Assembly: GCF_001194135.2 (NCBI RefSeq)
Contig: NC_068981.1
Location: forward strand, 43,633,525-43,695,591
Reading direction: 5' to 3'
Length of the DNA stretch: 62,067 nt
From: Octopus bimaculoides
Taxonomy: Eukaryota
In this document: piece by piece, positions 25,348 to 37,299 of the stretch
Layout: every line of letters starts with the position of its first letter
Position numbering within the stretch: position 1 is the first letter of the stretch
Translations under genes and position numbers: made by a program
Notes under the pieces: generated by a model
Told to the model about the DNA's origin: nothing
The model's input: only the letters and a program-made list of their open reading frames with translations
Database searches by the model: none

Positions 25348-27029
25348 AGAGTAGAAGATCTTGAAAAACTTATGCAGTAAATTTCTACACGAAAATGTCT
25401 TTCAATAATTATTGCATAATATCTGATTGGAAAATAATATTGAAATGGTATAAACTACACACACATATGCACACAAATGGCCACACTTACACACGCACAT
25501 ACACATATATACATACATGCACACTTACACACATACACACACACATACATGCATACAAGCGATGAATCAAAGAAATAAATAAAATGTGAATCAATTATCA
25601 ATATGACGGCATAGAGAAAACAATAAGAATATTAATCAGAATTGGTTGCTGAATTCTTTTCCGATCTGATGATCAGCAGAAAATAGAAATCATTCAGTAA
25701 TTCAACGAATAAGGAATTCTTGAAGATAAAAACAGCAACAACAACAACAATATAAATACATAAATAAATAAAAGAAAAATTCAAATGAAAGAAGAAAAAT
25801 ATAAAAATAATACAGAAAAAAATAAAATAAAGATTAGCCTCAAATCCTAATCAGATGAATGTTGTGAATTGGCATCTCAGAAAATCATAAAAATAAAAGA
25901 GAAGTTGGGATAAAAGTGAAAAAGGGTGATATGAGATGGGTGGGGTGGATGGGTGAAAATTATTGAATGCTGTTTTCATAACTTTTGATGTCGAAACATT
26001 TTCTATTACTATGTTAAGTGCAGCGATGTTATCAAATGAGAAGTAAAGCTTCAGATAGCTTTGTTTAGATGAGTGAGTCATGTGTTTGGTTGTTCAACAA
26101 CATTATCTGGCTGGGTATCTCAAGAAACCCAGTGGGTTTCTTTTTCTTTCTGTTATTATTATTATTTTTTTTTCTTTCAGTTATATTCTCTTAAACATCA
26201 TTCTGCTCTGCTTTCCCTACCTCATCACCCATGCCATGACCTCCAAACCAACCAAAAACACATTTCCTTGATAATTATTACTTCTTATACTACCGTCATC
26301 ACTATTGCCGCAACTATCAATATCATTATTGCAAAGGTAATGACGAATGTGATGGTAATAGTGATTGTGATGATGCCTGATGCCAGTGAAGATGATGAGG
26401 CAACAAAAAAAATTGTCATCATCATCTCCAGAATCATCCTCTTACATATAGTGTTGTCAGCATTAATATAATGGGTACGACACTTATAGTACACTGACCA
26501 GCACCATTACTGAAATATTCATTACCACCGCCACTGCCATCGCTGCCGCCACCACCACCATTAAATTTCCTCATTTTGATGATGACCAGCACTCCATTCA
26601 CTAGAATCAGATTAATGAATCTTACAAGCTAACAAAGAATGCTCTTTGTTGTTTGCTCGAGGTGTTAGAAATAGCAGTCAAATTTCCCGCAAAATCAAAT
26701 TCCACCTCTCAATCGAGGAAGCAAAAAATGAATAATGCATTACCATATAAACATAGTAAAAGAGAAAGAATGGTTATGAGTAATTTTGCCCAAACAAGAT
26801 TAACATAGGACCATTTTCCAGAAGATACCGGTGTCTTTTCTTTTTTCCTTCCTACTAAAACCTTAGTCTTAATTAATTTTACCTTGAGACCACTAAATTC
26901 TAGATTTACTTTCCATACCTGGAAATTTCTCTCTAATTACTCTATAGATTTCTTTCTAATTACTTTCTAACTACTCTATAGATTGTTAGCATATAGCTAT
27001 TCCTATGAACATCAAATCTTAAATTCCTC

Positions 27030-28200
27030 TCTGATGGTCTGTAGGACTATGATGAATAGGAGAGAATGGAGAAATGAACCTTGATGGTCTCTTATCTTCA
27101 GGCTAAATTTATCACTGAAATCATTGTTGACTTATTTTACTGCATTTTTGATCATAGTTTGTGCAGCCCTCATAAGCTATTAATCTACATATAGTTTCCT
27201 CAAAGGCTATCAAATTACTGAATGTGGTATTCTGTCAAATGCCTTTTCCAAATCAACAAAAACCAGGAGTAGAGGTTTATTCTTAGCCAAGTATTTCCTT
27301 TTTTTTCCTATGGTGCTTCTTCCTGGCATAAAGCCAAACTACATCTCATCTTGATGCCGCTGTTTTGGATCTATTGTGATATGACTCTCTCTCAGTGACC
27401 TTCCTAACCTGATTCAATTGTATGATCCTGCTATTGTAGCTTCTCTTTAAGGTACCTCCTTTGCATTTGCAGCAGTTCACAATTATACTACTCTGCCAGT
27501 CATTGGACAAGACACCTTCTTGCATAATTGATTAACTATCCAAGTGGGAATCCCATATAACCCAGATATTTTGAGCATCTCTGCAACTATTTTTGATGGA
27601 TCAGCAGTTTTCCCTCTCTTCGGGCTCTTAATTACTTTAGCTACCAAACTGCAGTCCACTTGAATTGCTTTCCATTCTGTCAGATCAACATGAGGTAGCT
27701 CATCTTTATCCCATGTGTCCTCTTCTTCAGCACCCTCTCATAATAGTGCTTCCTCACTACTTTCTAGTTTTCAGTATGGTTGGCAAGTATGCATTCATCA
27801 TTCTGAATATACTTCTCACCAATGATGTCTTACTTCTCTCTCATGCATTGCTTTATAATCACGAGTATTTCATGTCCTTGATCCTTAAATTGTAGGACGT
27901 GCAAATCTCTTCCTTCCTAACTCTCCATTTTGCCAAACATACATGTTGTTTCACTGCACTGGATAATGCTCCCTACTATCATCTTCCTTCCAAGTTTCCC
28001 AAGCCTGTCTATTAACTTTTACTGCCCTCTCAACTGTTTCATTCCACAGTCACATTACCTTCAGGTTGACTGGGACTTTGCCCATATCACAGGTTTGATC
28101 TATAGTACCAAGAAGGTTGTTTTATTGAAATTCCTGTTGTTGTCTATGCTACAGGTATTAGGATTTTCTCCACATAGTTGTACTCATCCACTGAATTTTC
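27030..28200 (-). mobile_element. RTE-clade LINE RT fragment, decayed
   Basis: Minus-strand translation: WNETVERAVK..RQAWETWK, EGVLSNDWQSSIIVNCCKCKG, KYLAKNKPLLLVFVDLEKAFDRI, and HQGSFLHSLLFIIVLQ at 27090-27030. Confidence 0.8.
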
Positions 28201-28382
28201 TCTAAACATATTCCCAACTGTGGGATCTATTACTTCCTGTATTTTCCTTTTCTTCTCTCTTTGTTTCTACATCAATCTACCTCTGACTCTGAAGTTACTT
28301 GTCACTCACTAATCTATGATATATATATATATATATAGATAGATAGACAGATAGACAGATAGATACACACACACACATATTT

Positions 28383-28963
28383 ACTAGCTGGACAGCCCGT
28401 CGTTGGTGGGTAGTTTTTACAATAGAATGTCTTATATAAACTTTTCTTTATTCCATGTCACACCTTGCTTTCCCTGACAGATAAGCCTCTTGATCGGGAC
28501 AGTTTTTTGCAAAATTTTTCGCAAAATATTTTGTTGAGGATTTTTTCCCTTTTTAAATTACTTATATGTCTGTTCGACTATTTCACATGACTTTATTCAT
28601 TAAAACTTATCAAAACTTCAGAAGTTCTTACACCTTTGGTTGTCATGATGCTTTGCTCTTTTTGTTTAATAAAAATTCCTCCTCATAATGATTTTGCTTT
28701 CATTTTGTGATTGACAGCCATCATCCAGAAAATTCCAGCTTTCAAATCCTGTTTTCTGATTAGTTAAAATTGATTAAACTTTAAATCTCAGTAACATTTT
28801 TCTGCAATTTTTCTGGAACAAATAGATAATAAGATCGGATTTAATGTGGAAAATTATTTCAGTATACCAAATTTGAAAATTTTGACGTAATCAAAAAATT
28901 CCACAATATGTAACAGCAATAGGGAAGACCCTACAAAAGTAGAGACAGACAGTTATAGGACGT

Positions 28964-28999
<36 letters not shown>

Positions 29000-29727
29000 A
29001 CTGAAGCACACACCAAAACACACATACACACATATTTACAAACGTATACATAAGTAATCATGAGTTTAAAATGGAGTATAGTAGACATATGTATGTGCAT
29101 ATATATACATGTGAATATGTATGTATATATATCTGTGTGTGTGTGTGTGTGTGTGTGCATGCGTGCGTCTGTGTGTGAGTGTTTCTTTGTGATGGGCAGC
29201 AGAAAAGCCACCTACCCCTCTCTACTTAAAGATACATAGTCCTCACACCCATGTTTCTTTCCCTTCCTCTGCATTTTCAAAGTTAGTCATGTGTATGTGC
29301 ATGTATGTGTATGTAGTGTGTGTGTGTATATGCGTATATGCATGTATCTATGTATTTATGAAAGTATGTATGCAGTGTCACGTGTATACCTGTGAACGAC
29401 AGTTGTATTAATGTTACAACCCCACTGCCACTCCATAGTTGTTGCTTACACAACGCTGTTCTCCCCTTCCCTTATATCGGCCACACTCACTATGCCATCA
29501 CATTTCCCTCACACTAACACTCAGCACACTTTTCATTTTATCAAGTAATAGCCCAATCCTACTTGGGGGCCCATTCTAGAATTTTATTGAAATCCATTTA
29601 ATCTATAATTGAACTGGATGGTGGCTTAATATGTATGCAAAGTTTCATCAAGACTGGTTCACTGGTGTAGGCAGCAAAATGGTAACAGGCAGATCAACAG
29701 ACAGACATTGTCATTTATGTATAAGAT
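28383..29727 (+). mobile_element. Non-autonomous Helitron/Helentron-like element with internal microsatellites
   Basis: 5' end actagc with imperfect hairpin cccgtc-gtt-ggtggg. 3' end gcaaagtttcatcaagactgg...acagacagacattgtcatttatgtataagat resembles known non-autonomous rolling-circle elements (recalled). No transposon-type TIRs. Confidence 0.55.
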
Positions 29728-29901
29728 ACACAAGGTGTGATGGGTATTGCCATTTTATATTTTTAATTTCATGCATGCATATTGTTTGTCTTTGATTTTG
29801 TTGACTACAGAGTACAGTAGGGTCAGATATATATATATACTACGTATATATGTGTGTGTGTGTGGGTGGGTGGGTGTATAAACACATACACACATATGCA
29901 T

Positions 29902-29960
29902 ATCATTCATCATCATCATCATCGTTTAACCTCTGCTTTCCATGCTAGCATGGGTTGGAC
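29902..29960 (-). mobile_element. RTE LINE tail remnant
   Basis: catcatcatcgtttaacctctgctttccatgctagcatgggttggac. Confidence 0.85.
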
Positions 29961-30910
29961 ATAATTCACTGATGTATATTGAGAAAGGATGTAACTAGCA
30001 GCAAAGAAACTGACAAACCAGTGCCCTTTGACTGAAATCTCTCATGATATTTGTTCTACATTAAATAAGATGCTCCCTTGTTACTCATGCCACCAGAAAT
30101 TCAGAGAACCTGTGATCTATGTTTTAGAAACTCATGACAATCAAATCTATTGTTTTCAAATTGCTATGTGAAATAAAATAATCAACTACATTGCCTCAAG
30201 CTTGTCTTACCAATTCCTGAATGAAGGGAGTGAACCCCAACTGTATTTGAACACAGAACAGAAAAGAACAGGACTAAATACTTCAAATCATATTAGAACA
30301 CTGTTCTAAAATTTCTACAGCTTTCCAATCTTCACTAATACTCCTACTACAATCACCACCACTACCACCAGCACCACAACCGCCATCACCAACACTCTCT
30401 TCTACCAACACCGCTATTTTCTTTGTGAATGCAGATATGAAAGATAAGGAGATAGAAAGCTATATCCCCTTCCCATCACCACCACAACCACCACCACCAC
30501 AACAACTAAACCCATTGAAAAGAGAACAGAAATCATAACAGTCCAGCACAAACAAAGCACAAACAAATTGTTAAAAAATACTCAGAAAAGTTGGAGAGAT
30601 TTTTTACTCATCCCCATCTATATGCAGCAAAAAAGAAAAAAAAAACAAGAAAAAGAAAAAAGTGGTAACAAAAATGAGTTTGATATTAAGAAAAAAAGTC
30701 CGTGGCTTTTTGACTATCAAGCAAAATCATCTTTGAATTACTTAAGTTATCACAAATTGCACAACAAATATATTGGATCTTAACAATTTTTCTTTTCCAT
30801 TGTTGTAGTTTCTTCATAATTTTCCCATTAATTCTTTCTATTTATTATTTGATATAGATTTTATATAGTTTTTTTTCTTCTTTTCATCATATTCTTCTGG
30901 TTTTGATTTC

Positions 30911-30941
<31 letters not shown>

Positions 30942-31239
30942 GCTTTGTTTTCACATTGCACTGCTATATTATCTTTCAAACTATCTTTTTGCTACTTTAT
31001 ATACACACACACACACACACACATATATAAGAAAATATGTATGTATATATATATATATATGTAAGCATATATATATTTGTTTGTGTGTGTGTGTGTGTAT
31101 GTATAATATCCATATCAATTTCTTTATCTGCTAAATGAATGATAAAGGGGATATTTATAATATCATGAACAATCTGTGTGGATTTAATGTAATTTATTTC
31201 CCCCTACATTTCACATGAATAGACATTCACTTCCTCAAC

Positions 31240-31292
31240 ACAAATGCAACATAAATGTGTGTGTGTATATATATATATATATTTTATATATT

Positions 31293-31323
<31 letters not shown>

Positions 31324-31416
31324 GCTTATATATGTGCATGTGTGTTTGAGTGTGCATGTGTGTGTATATCTATCCATTTATCTATCTATCTATCTCTCTC
31401 TCTATATATATATATA

Positions 31417-31460
<44 letters not shown>

Positions 31461-31545
31461 GATATACACACACACAAATATATGGACAAATACATACATA
31501 TATCAGTTTATATATTTGAATGTATGTGTATGTGTGTTTGTATAT
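31240..31545. repeat. Compound TA/TG/CA/ATCT microsatellite block
   Basis: Direct repeats. Confidence 0.85.
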
Positions 31546-31652
31546 TTCACTGATATACATTGCCAAAGCATGAGAATATCTGCAAAGAAAGTGAATAAAC
31601 AGTGCTCCTTGAGTAAAGCCCTGTATGATATTTGCTTTACATTAAATGAAAT

Positions 31653-31779
31653 TGATTGGCAGAACCATTAGATTGTTAGATAGAATGCTTTGTGGCTCCC
31701 TGATTTCAAATCCTGCCAAGATCAACTTTGCTTTTTATATTTTGAAGGTTGTAAATAAGGTATCAGTTAACTACAAGGG
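31653..31779 (+). mobile_element. SINE family B fragment
   Basis: ttggcagaaccattag...tttcaaatcctgccaagatcaactttgc matches the copies at 33075-33499 and 44800-44985. Confidence 0.65.
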
Positions 31780-31781
31780 TA

Positions 31782-31827
<46 letters not shown>

Positions 31828-31890
31828 GCTGTTGCTGTTGCTGCTGTTGTTGTTGTTGTTGTTGTTGTTGTTCTTCTTCTTCTTCTTCTT
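31782..31890. repeat. (GTT/GCT)n then (TTC)n trinucleotide array
   Basis: About 30 GTT/GCT units followed by about 6 TTC units. Confidence 0.95.
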
Positions 31891-32118
31891 CCCATACTCT
31901 TCCTCTTTCCCTCCCCATACTCTTCCTCTTCCACTCCTCTATATACCAGTTAGGTGCCTCTTTTCTGGGTACAATTTAGGATCCTGTGTGTACAGCCAGA
32001 ATTTTCCATTTTGAATCTCGCCTGACTTTTGTAGCATGTCAATAGTTGTTGGATACTGAAGAATTTTCTGGTCTTTAAGTGAAGTGCTAATCATTGGGTT
32101 GCAATCCCAGCTATAATT

Positions 32119-32355
32119 AGAGATGTGTGGCTTTGTAGTTAGGTTGATGGAATCATTGTCGTAAGATTGGGGTTTCGATTCTTGAACTAAACGATGTGTT
32201 GTGTTCTTGAGTAAAATACTTCCTTTCACATTGCTCCAGTCCACTTGGCTGAAGGATCCTGTGTCAGACTGGAGTCTCATCCAAGTGGGGAATTTATATA
32301 TCATAGAAACTGGAAAATCAGCTCTTTTGAGTCACCATGACTTGAGAAGGTAAGG
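32119..32355 (+). mobile_element. tRNA-headed SINE, family C
   Basis: gtgtggctttgtagttagg (A-box-like) and gggtttcgattc (B-box-like). Body aligns with 40825-41092. Confidence 0.65.
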
Positions 32356-32792
32356 AAGATAAGCTTAAGCCAACATTGTATAAAAGATACTGAAGACAAT
32401 ATGTCTATGGAGAGAAAAGTGAAGAAACAACAGTTTTAATTAATCTTGAAATCATCGTTGGTAACCGGTAAATTCCACAGAAGTAAAATCCACCGCGGTA
32501 AATTCCACAGCGGCAAATTCTACCGAGGTAAACCCAACCACGGCAAATCCCACTGCATCAAATTCCACTGCAGCAAATTCCACCACGGCAAATTCCCCCG
32601 CGGCAAATTCCACCGCGGTAGATCCTACTGCGATAAATTCCACCACAGTAAATTCCATCATGGAAAATTCCACCAGGTAAATTTCACCATAGGTAAATTC
32701 CACCATGATAAAATAGGTGAAATTATCATCATCCTCATCATTATTATTATTATATTATATGGGTTACGATATTATGAAAAATAAAAAAAGAA

Positions 32793-33055
32793 TGCGTAAG
32801 AAATAATATCACTGGAAGTTTGTGCGTGCCCCGACTATATGCCTTACTTCCTGACAAAAAAGAAGCCTCATATCATCGTCTTCTGTTTTCTGTGCATGAT
32901 TTAAGACCAAATTGTCGACCTGTAACCTCTCCTACGGACTCTGAAAAAGCTCTCCATAATGCATTTGTTTCTTTATTTCCATATTCAGAAGTAATTGTGT
33001 GTGTTTTTCATCTTGGATAGTCTTGTTGCCGGAAGATATGTGCACTTGGTGAGAG
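32793..33055 (+). pseudogene. MULE transposase fragment
   Basis: VPRLYALLPDKKEASYHRLLF...TDSEKALHNAFVSLFPYSEVIVCVFHLG*SCCRKI matches the MULE pattern P.xYALL..K...Y...DFE.A..NA...FP.....C.FH..Q...RK. Confidence 0.82.
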
Positions 33056-33074
33056 TGTAAAAACTAACGCTTCC

Positions 33075-33499
33075 TTTTTCCGAGCTGAGATTTAAAACTT
33101 TTGGGGAGGGGGCCAGTTGATTAGATCGACCGCAGTATGCAACTAGTACTTAATGCATCGACTCTGAAAGGATGAAAGGCAAAGTCGACCTTGGCTGGAT
33201 TTAAACTCAGAACATAAAGACTGACGCAATACCGCTAAGCATGTCGCCCGGCATGCTAACGTTTCTTATTTCTTTATTGCCCACAGGGGGCTAAACATAG
33301 AGGGGACAAACAAGGACAGACAAAAGGATTAAGTCGATTACATCGACCCCAGTGCATTACTGGTACTTAATTTATCGACCCCGAAAGAATGAAAGGCAAA
33401 GTTAACCTCGGCAGAATTTGAACTCAGAACATTAAGACAGACGAAATATCGCTAAGCATTTCGCCTAGCATGCTAACGTTTCTGCCAGCTGGCTGCTTT
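33075..33499 (-). mobile_element. Dimeric SINE family B inserted in the MULE
   Basis: Two tandem monomers (aacgttagcatgc...ttctgagtt[c/t]aaat...tcgat) on the minus strand. Head at ~33499. Confidence 0.85.
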
Positions 33500-33501
33500 A
33501 G

Positions 33502-33601
33502 ACCTATCAAATTATTGATGCACAACTGAAGAAGCTAGTTCAAGAATATCAAAATAAAACCCCTCTGCAACTTTTAAGAAGTTGCACACAATTTGTCTTA
33601 A
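33502..33601 (+). pseudogene. MULE transposase C-terminus
   Basis: TYQIIDAQLKKLVQEYQNKTPLQLLRS, then a 1-nt shift to AHNLS*. Resembles the xLRxxAHNL ending of animal MULE transposases (recalled). Confidence 0.6.
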
Positions 33602-34491
33602 GAACTTTTTTAAAAATAAATTAAACTTTCTTATCCTAACTCTGCTTTCCAATGTACTCACTGTTATTTTTTATCCTATTCCTATAATCAAATGTGTGCT
33701 AAAATTTAATCTTTTCCTTCTTTATTCCAAATTATATTAATTTTGAAAGTTCGTGATGAGTCTCTTTCATAGATTCTTGCTCGAATAGGAGTACATTAAA
33801 GTGATCCCATCTCAGTTTAAATAGATTATAAAGATTATTTTCTATCTCAGTTTCAAACTCTCTCTCTCTCTCTCTCTCTTCTTAAGACTTGAGAAACAGA
33901 CAGATTAAATAACATAGGTATTGACCCGCGGTCTAGAGAACTGACCACGGTGATTATTAGCAAGAGCAGCTTATATTGGAAGTCTGTCCATGGGTGGAAT
34001 TTACCTTTGGTGAAATTTACCAGGTGGAATTTTCTGTGGTGGAATTTACCATGGTGGAATTTACCTAGAACCTCATCATCAGCCATTGTATGCCTCTCCA
34101 ATGATCCACAAATGCACTGCTCTTCAGATGACTGTATAATATATGTCTTAAGTGAATATAACATGATAGTATTATCTAACTGAAATTTATGTACAGCCAT
34201 AAGTATTTGAGACATTTTAGCTTGGAAGGAGTTATGTTATTTGTAAATTTTTATAGTTCTATTGCTATGTGCTAGGAGGAATTCTTTAATGTAGGGAAAA
34301 TAATAGGTCCTTATTTGAGTGTTTATTTATGTAAATAGTGTAATTACTTTAAATTTTAATGGGTCGGTAGTATCTTTCTGAATCCTTATCCATTTGTTTG
34401 GATCAAATAATTGAGTTTTGCCATGTCTTCTCCTTTATACATCATTACAGATATACTACTTTTGTTATTTTTACATATTTTGATGTTGGTA

Positions 34492-34706
34492 TACTCTTTT
34501 ACTCTTTTACTTGTTTCAGTCATTTGACTGCGGCCATGCTGGAGCACCACCTTTAGCCGTGTAAATTGACCCCAGGACTTATTCTTTGTAAGCCTGGTAC
34601 TTATTTTATCAGTCACTTTGGTAGAACCGCTAAGTTACGGGGACGTAAACACACCACCATCGGTTGTCAAGCGATGTTGGGTGGACGAAGACAGACAGAC
34701 AAACAT

Positions 34707-34745
<39 letters not shown>

Positions 34746-34909
34746 TACGACGAGCTTCTTTCAGTTTCTGTCTACCAAATCCACTCACAAGGCTTTGGTC
34801 GGCCCGAGGCTATAGTAGAAGACACTTACCCAAGGTGCCAAGCAGTGGGACTGAACCCGGAACCATGTGGTTGGTAAGCAGGCTACTTACCACACAACCA
34901 CTCCTATGC
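34492..34909 (-). mobile_element. SINE family A, full length
   Basis: Reverse complement of the 11708-12349 type; head at 34909. Confidence 0.92.
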
Positions 34910-34975
34910 CTAATCATAGAAGATCTGGAATTAGTTCATAAGACAATGTAAAAAGTAGATTGCTCCCCCATCACA

Positions 34976-35295
34976 CAGTTCTGGCACCTTGGGCAAGTGC
35001 ATTCTACTATGGCCTCAGGCTGACCAAAGCCTTTTGAGTGGATTTGGTAAATGGAAACTGAAAGAAGCCAATCATATATATGTGTGTGTGTCTGTCTCTG
35101 TCTGTGCTTGTCCCTCAGCATCGCTTGACAGATATTGGTGTGTTTATGTCTCGGTAACTTAGCAGCTCAGCAAAAGAGACCAATAGAATAAGTATTAGGC
35201 TTACAAAGAATTAGTCCTGGGGTTGATTTGTTCAACTAAAGGCAATACTCCAACATGGCTGCAGTCAAATGACTGAAACAAGTAAAAGAATAAAA
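34976..35295 (+). mobile_element. SINE family A, 5'-truncated
   Basis: ggcaccttgggcaagtg...gactgaaacaagtaaaagaata. Confidence 0.9.
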
Positions 35296-35645
35296 AAATA
35301 TATAGAGCATTTTAAAGTTTTCAGTTGAGTGGTTTGTTGTTGTGTAGGCAGCATTTGATTTGTTTGATTCATCTTGAAGTTTATCACTTACCTTTATAAC
35401 TGTTCAGTTTGTCAACAACTTGATAGAGAAGTTTAATTTCAAATTTTTTTGTTCATATTTTGGATTTAGAAGTTGGTATCAAGGTCAAGGAGTGTAATTT
35501 GGTCTGGGAAGAGTGTTGTGTGAGAATTTATGTCTTCGTGTCTAGTCAGAGTGATTTTTTTCTTTATAAAATTTACATAGTTTATAATGTTGTGTCTAAT
35601 TTGCTGTGAAAGAAATGTCTGTAGATTATCAAGAACTGTAAATAT

Positions 35646-35681
<36 letters not shown>

Positions 35682-35757
35682 AAGCAATGTTAATTCTCTA
35701 AATGAATATATATATATATATGTGTGTGTGTGTGTATATATATCTATATATATATAT

Positions 35758-36190
35758 ATCATCATCATCATCGTTTAACGTCCGCTTTCCATGCTAGCAT
35801 GGGTTGGACGATTTGACTGAGGACTGGTGAAACCGGATGGCAACACCAGGCTCCAGTCCGATTTGGCAGAGTTTCTACAGCTGGATGCCCTTCCTAACGC
35901 CAACCACTCAGAGAGTGTAGTGGGTGCTTTTACGTGTCACCCGCACGAAAACGGCCACGCTCGAAATGGTGTCTTTTATGTGCCACCCGCACAAGCCAGT
36001 CCAGGGGCACTGGCAACGATCTCGCTCGAAAATCCTACAGGAGCCAGCCAGGCGGTACTGGCAACGGCCACGCTCAAAATGGTGCATCTCATGTGCCACC
36101 CGCACAAGAACCAGTCCAGGGGCACTGGCAACGATCTTACTTGGCTTGCCGGGTCTTCTCACGCACAGCCCATTTCCAAAGGTCTCGGTC
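35758..36190 (-). mobile_element. RTE LINE 3' end, young copy
   Basis: Three mismatches to 20911-21332 over ~420 bp by eye. Confidence 0.92.
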
Positions 36191-36924
36191 ATATATATGC
36201 ATAGTTTAATAAATGTCTTACTGATTTATCACTATTACTTTTGTCAGTCTTATGAATAGTGTTGTTTTTGTTGTTATTGTTTGTATGCCCTCTACTGAGT
36301 GAAACAACTGTTATGCTGTCAATAAAAGGAAGCAAACTTGTCTTTACTGAAAAGGCTGCCATGTTATATAGTCTTATTCATATAACCATTTTGGAAGATT
36401 GCATGACATTGTCATACAAAATCTGTGCAATACAATTGTTCTAAAATAATATTTCATCTTCCTGTTTCATTTAAGTGGAACTTCCTTGCTCAAACTTTTG
36501 CTTTGTCCAGCATCATTAAGAGCTGTGTTACTGGTATCAACATTAGTTTCATTTGATGATGAAATTCTCTCAGTCATTGATTGTAGCACATCAACATTCT
36601 GATGATTTGGACTTGGTCTTTTTTTCTGGTTTTAGTTAAGAATCCCATTTTATAATTTTTTCATCATCACCAGAGCAATCTCCTATTTAATCACTATTCA
36701 CTAAAACTGCTCTGTAATTTTTTTACTATTGTTAATCATATATTAGACGTTGACTTTTGTGGATATTGCACTGAGGTTTTGAATGTACCAGAGAGGAACA
36801 TTGATAACACAAGACATTTTTAAAGCTGTTCTGCTCTGATATCCCATCTATGTCAACAGGCTCTGCTTATTTTCAGTATTAGGAATCGATTGATAATTGA
36901 GTTTAAATTTTGATAAATAAGGTC

Positions 36925-37259
36925 GCCTTCCTGGCACTTGTGCCAGTGGCACGTGAAAACACATTCGAGTGAGTTCGTTGCCAGTACCGCTGGACTGGCT
37001 CCTGTGCAGGTGGCACATAAAATACACCATTTCGAGCGTGGCCATTGCCAGTACCTCGTGACTGGCCTTTGTGCCGGTGGCACGTAAAAGCACCCACTAT
37101 ACTCTCTGAGTGGTTGGCGTTTGGAAGGGCATCCAGCTGTAGAAACTCTGCCAAATCAGATTGGAGCCTGGTGTAGCCATCTGGTTCACCAGTCCTCAGT
37201 CAAATCGTCCAACCCATGCTAGCATGGAAAGAGGATGTTAAATGATGATGAACGATGAA
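36925..37259 (+). mobile_element. RTE LINE 3' end
   Basis: Ends gcatggaaagaggatgttaaatgatgatg. Confidence 0.9.
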
Positions 37260-37299
37260 GCATTAAAGGATTCAAATTTTTAGAAGCTTTAATTCCCAT

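Larger units (their letters stand above)
32460..34072 (+). mobile_element. Mutator/MULE deletion derivative with foldback-type TIRs of 15-bp subrepeats
   Basis: Left array of ~16 GGTAAATTCCACCNC units (32460-32706) and an inverted array of ~5 units (33993-34072) enclose MULE transposase fragments. No clean TSD. Confidence 0.8.

Noticed and set aside
31646-32014. Poly-Leu membrane-like ORF
   Set aside because: It is the translation of the (GTT)n/(TTC)n microsatellite.
32460-32706. 15-bp array as a CRISPR-like locus
   Set aside because: The units are contiguous with no unique spacers, there are no cas genes and the context is eukaryotic.
32446-32784. His/Lys-rich ORF of GKFHH/GKFHR pentapeptides resembling a metal-binding protein
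   Set aside because: It is the translation of the 15-bp TIR units. A unit length divisible by 3 keeps frames open on both strands, and the inverted array at 33950-34183 gives the same peptide.
32451-34081. 9-bp TSD for the MULE
   Set aside because: The flanks atcatcgtt and tcatcatca share only tcatc out of register, so I do not claim a TSD.
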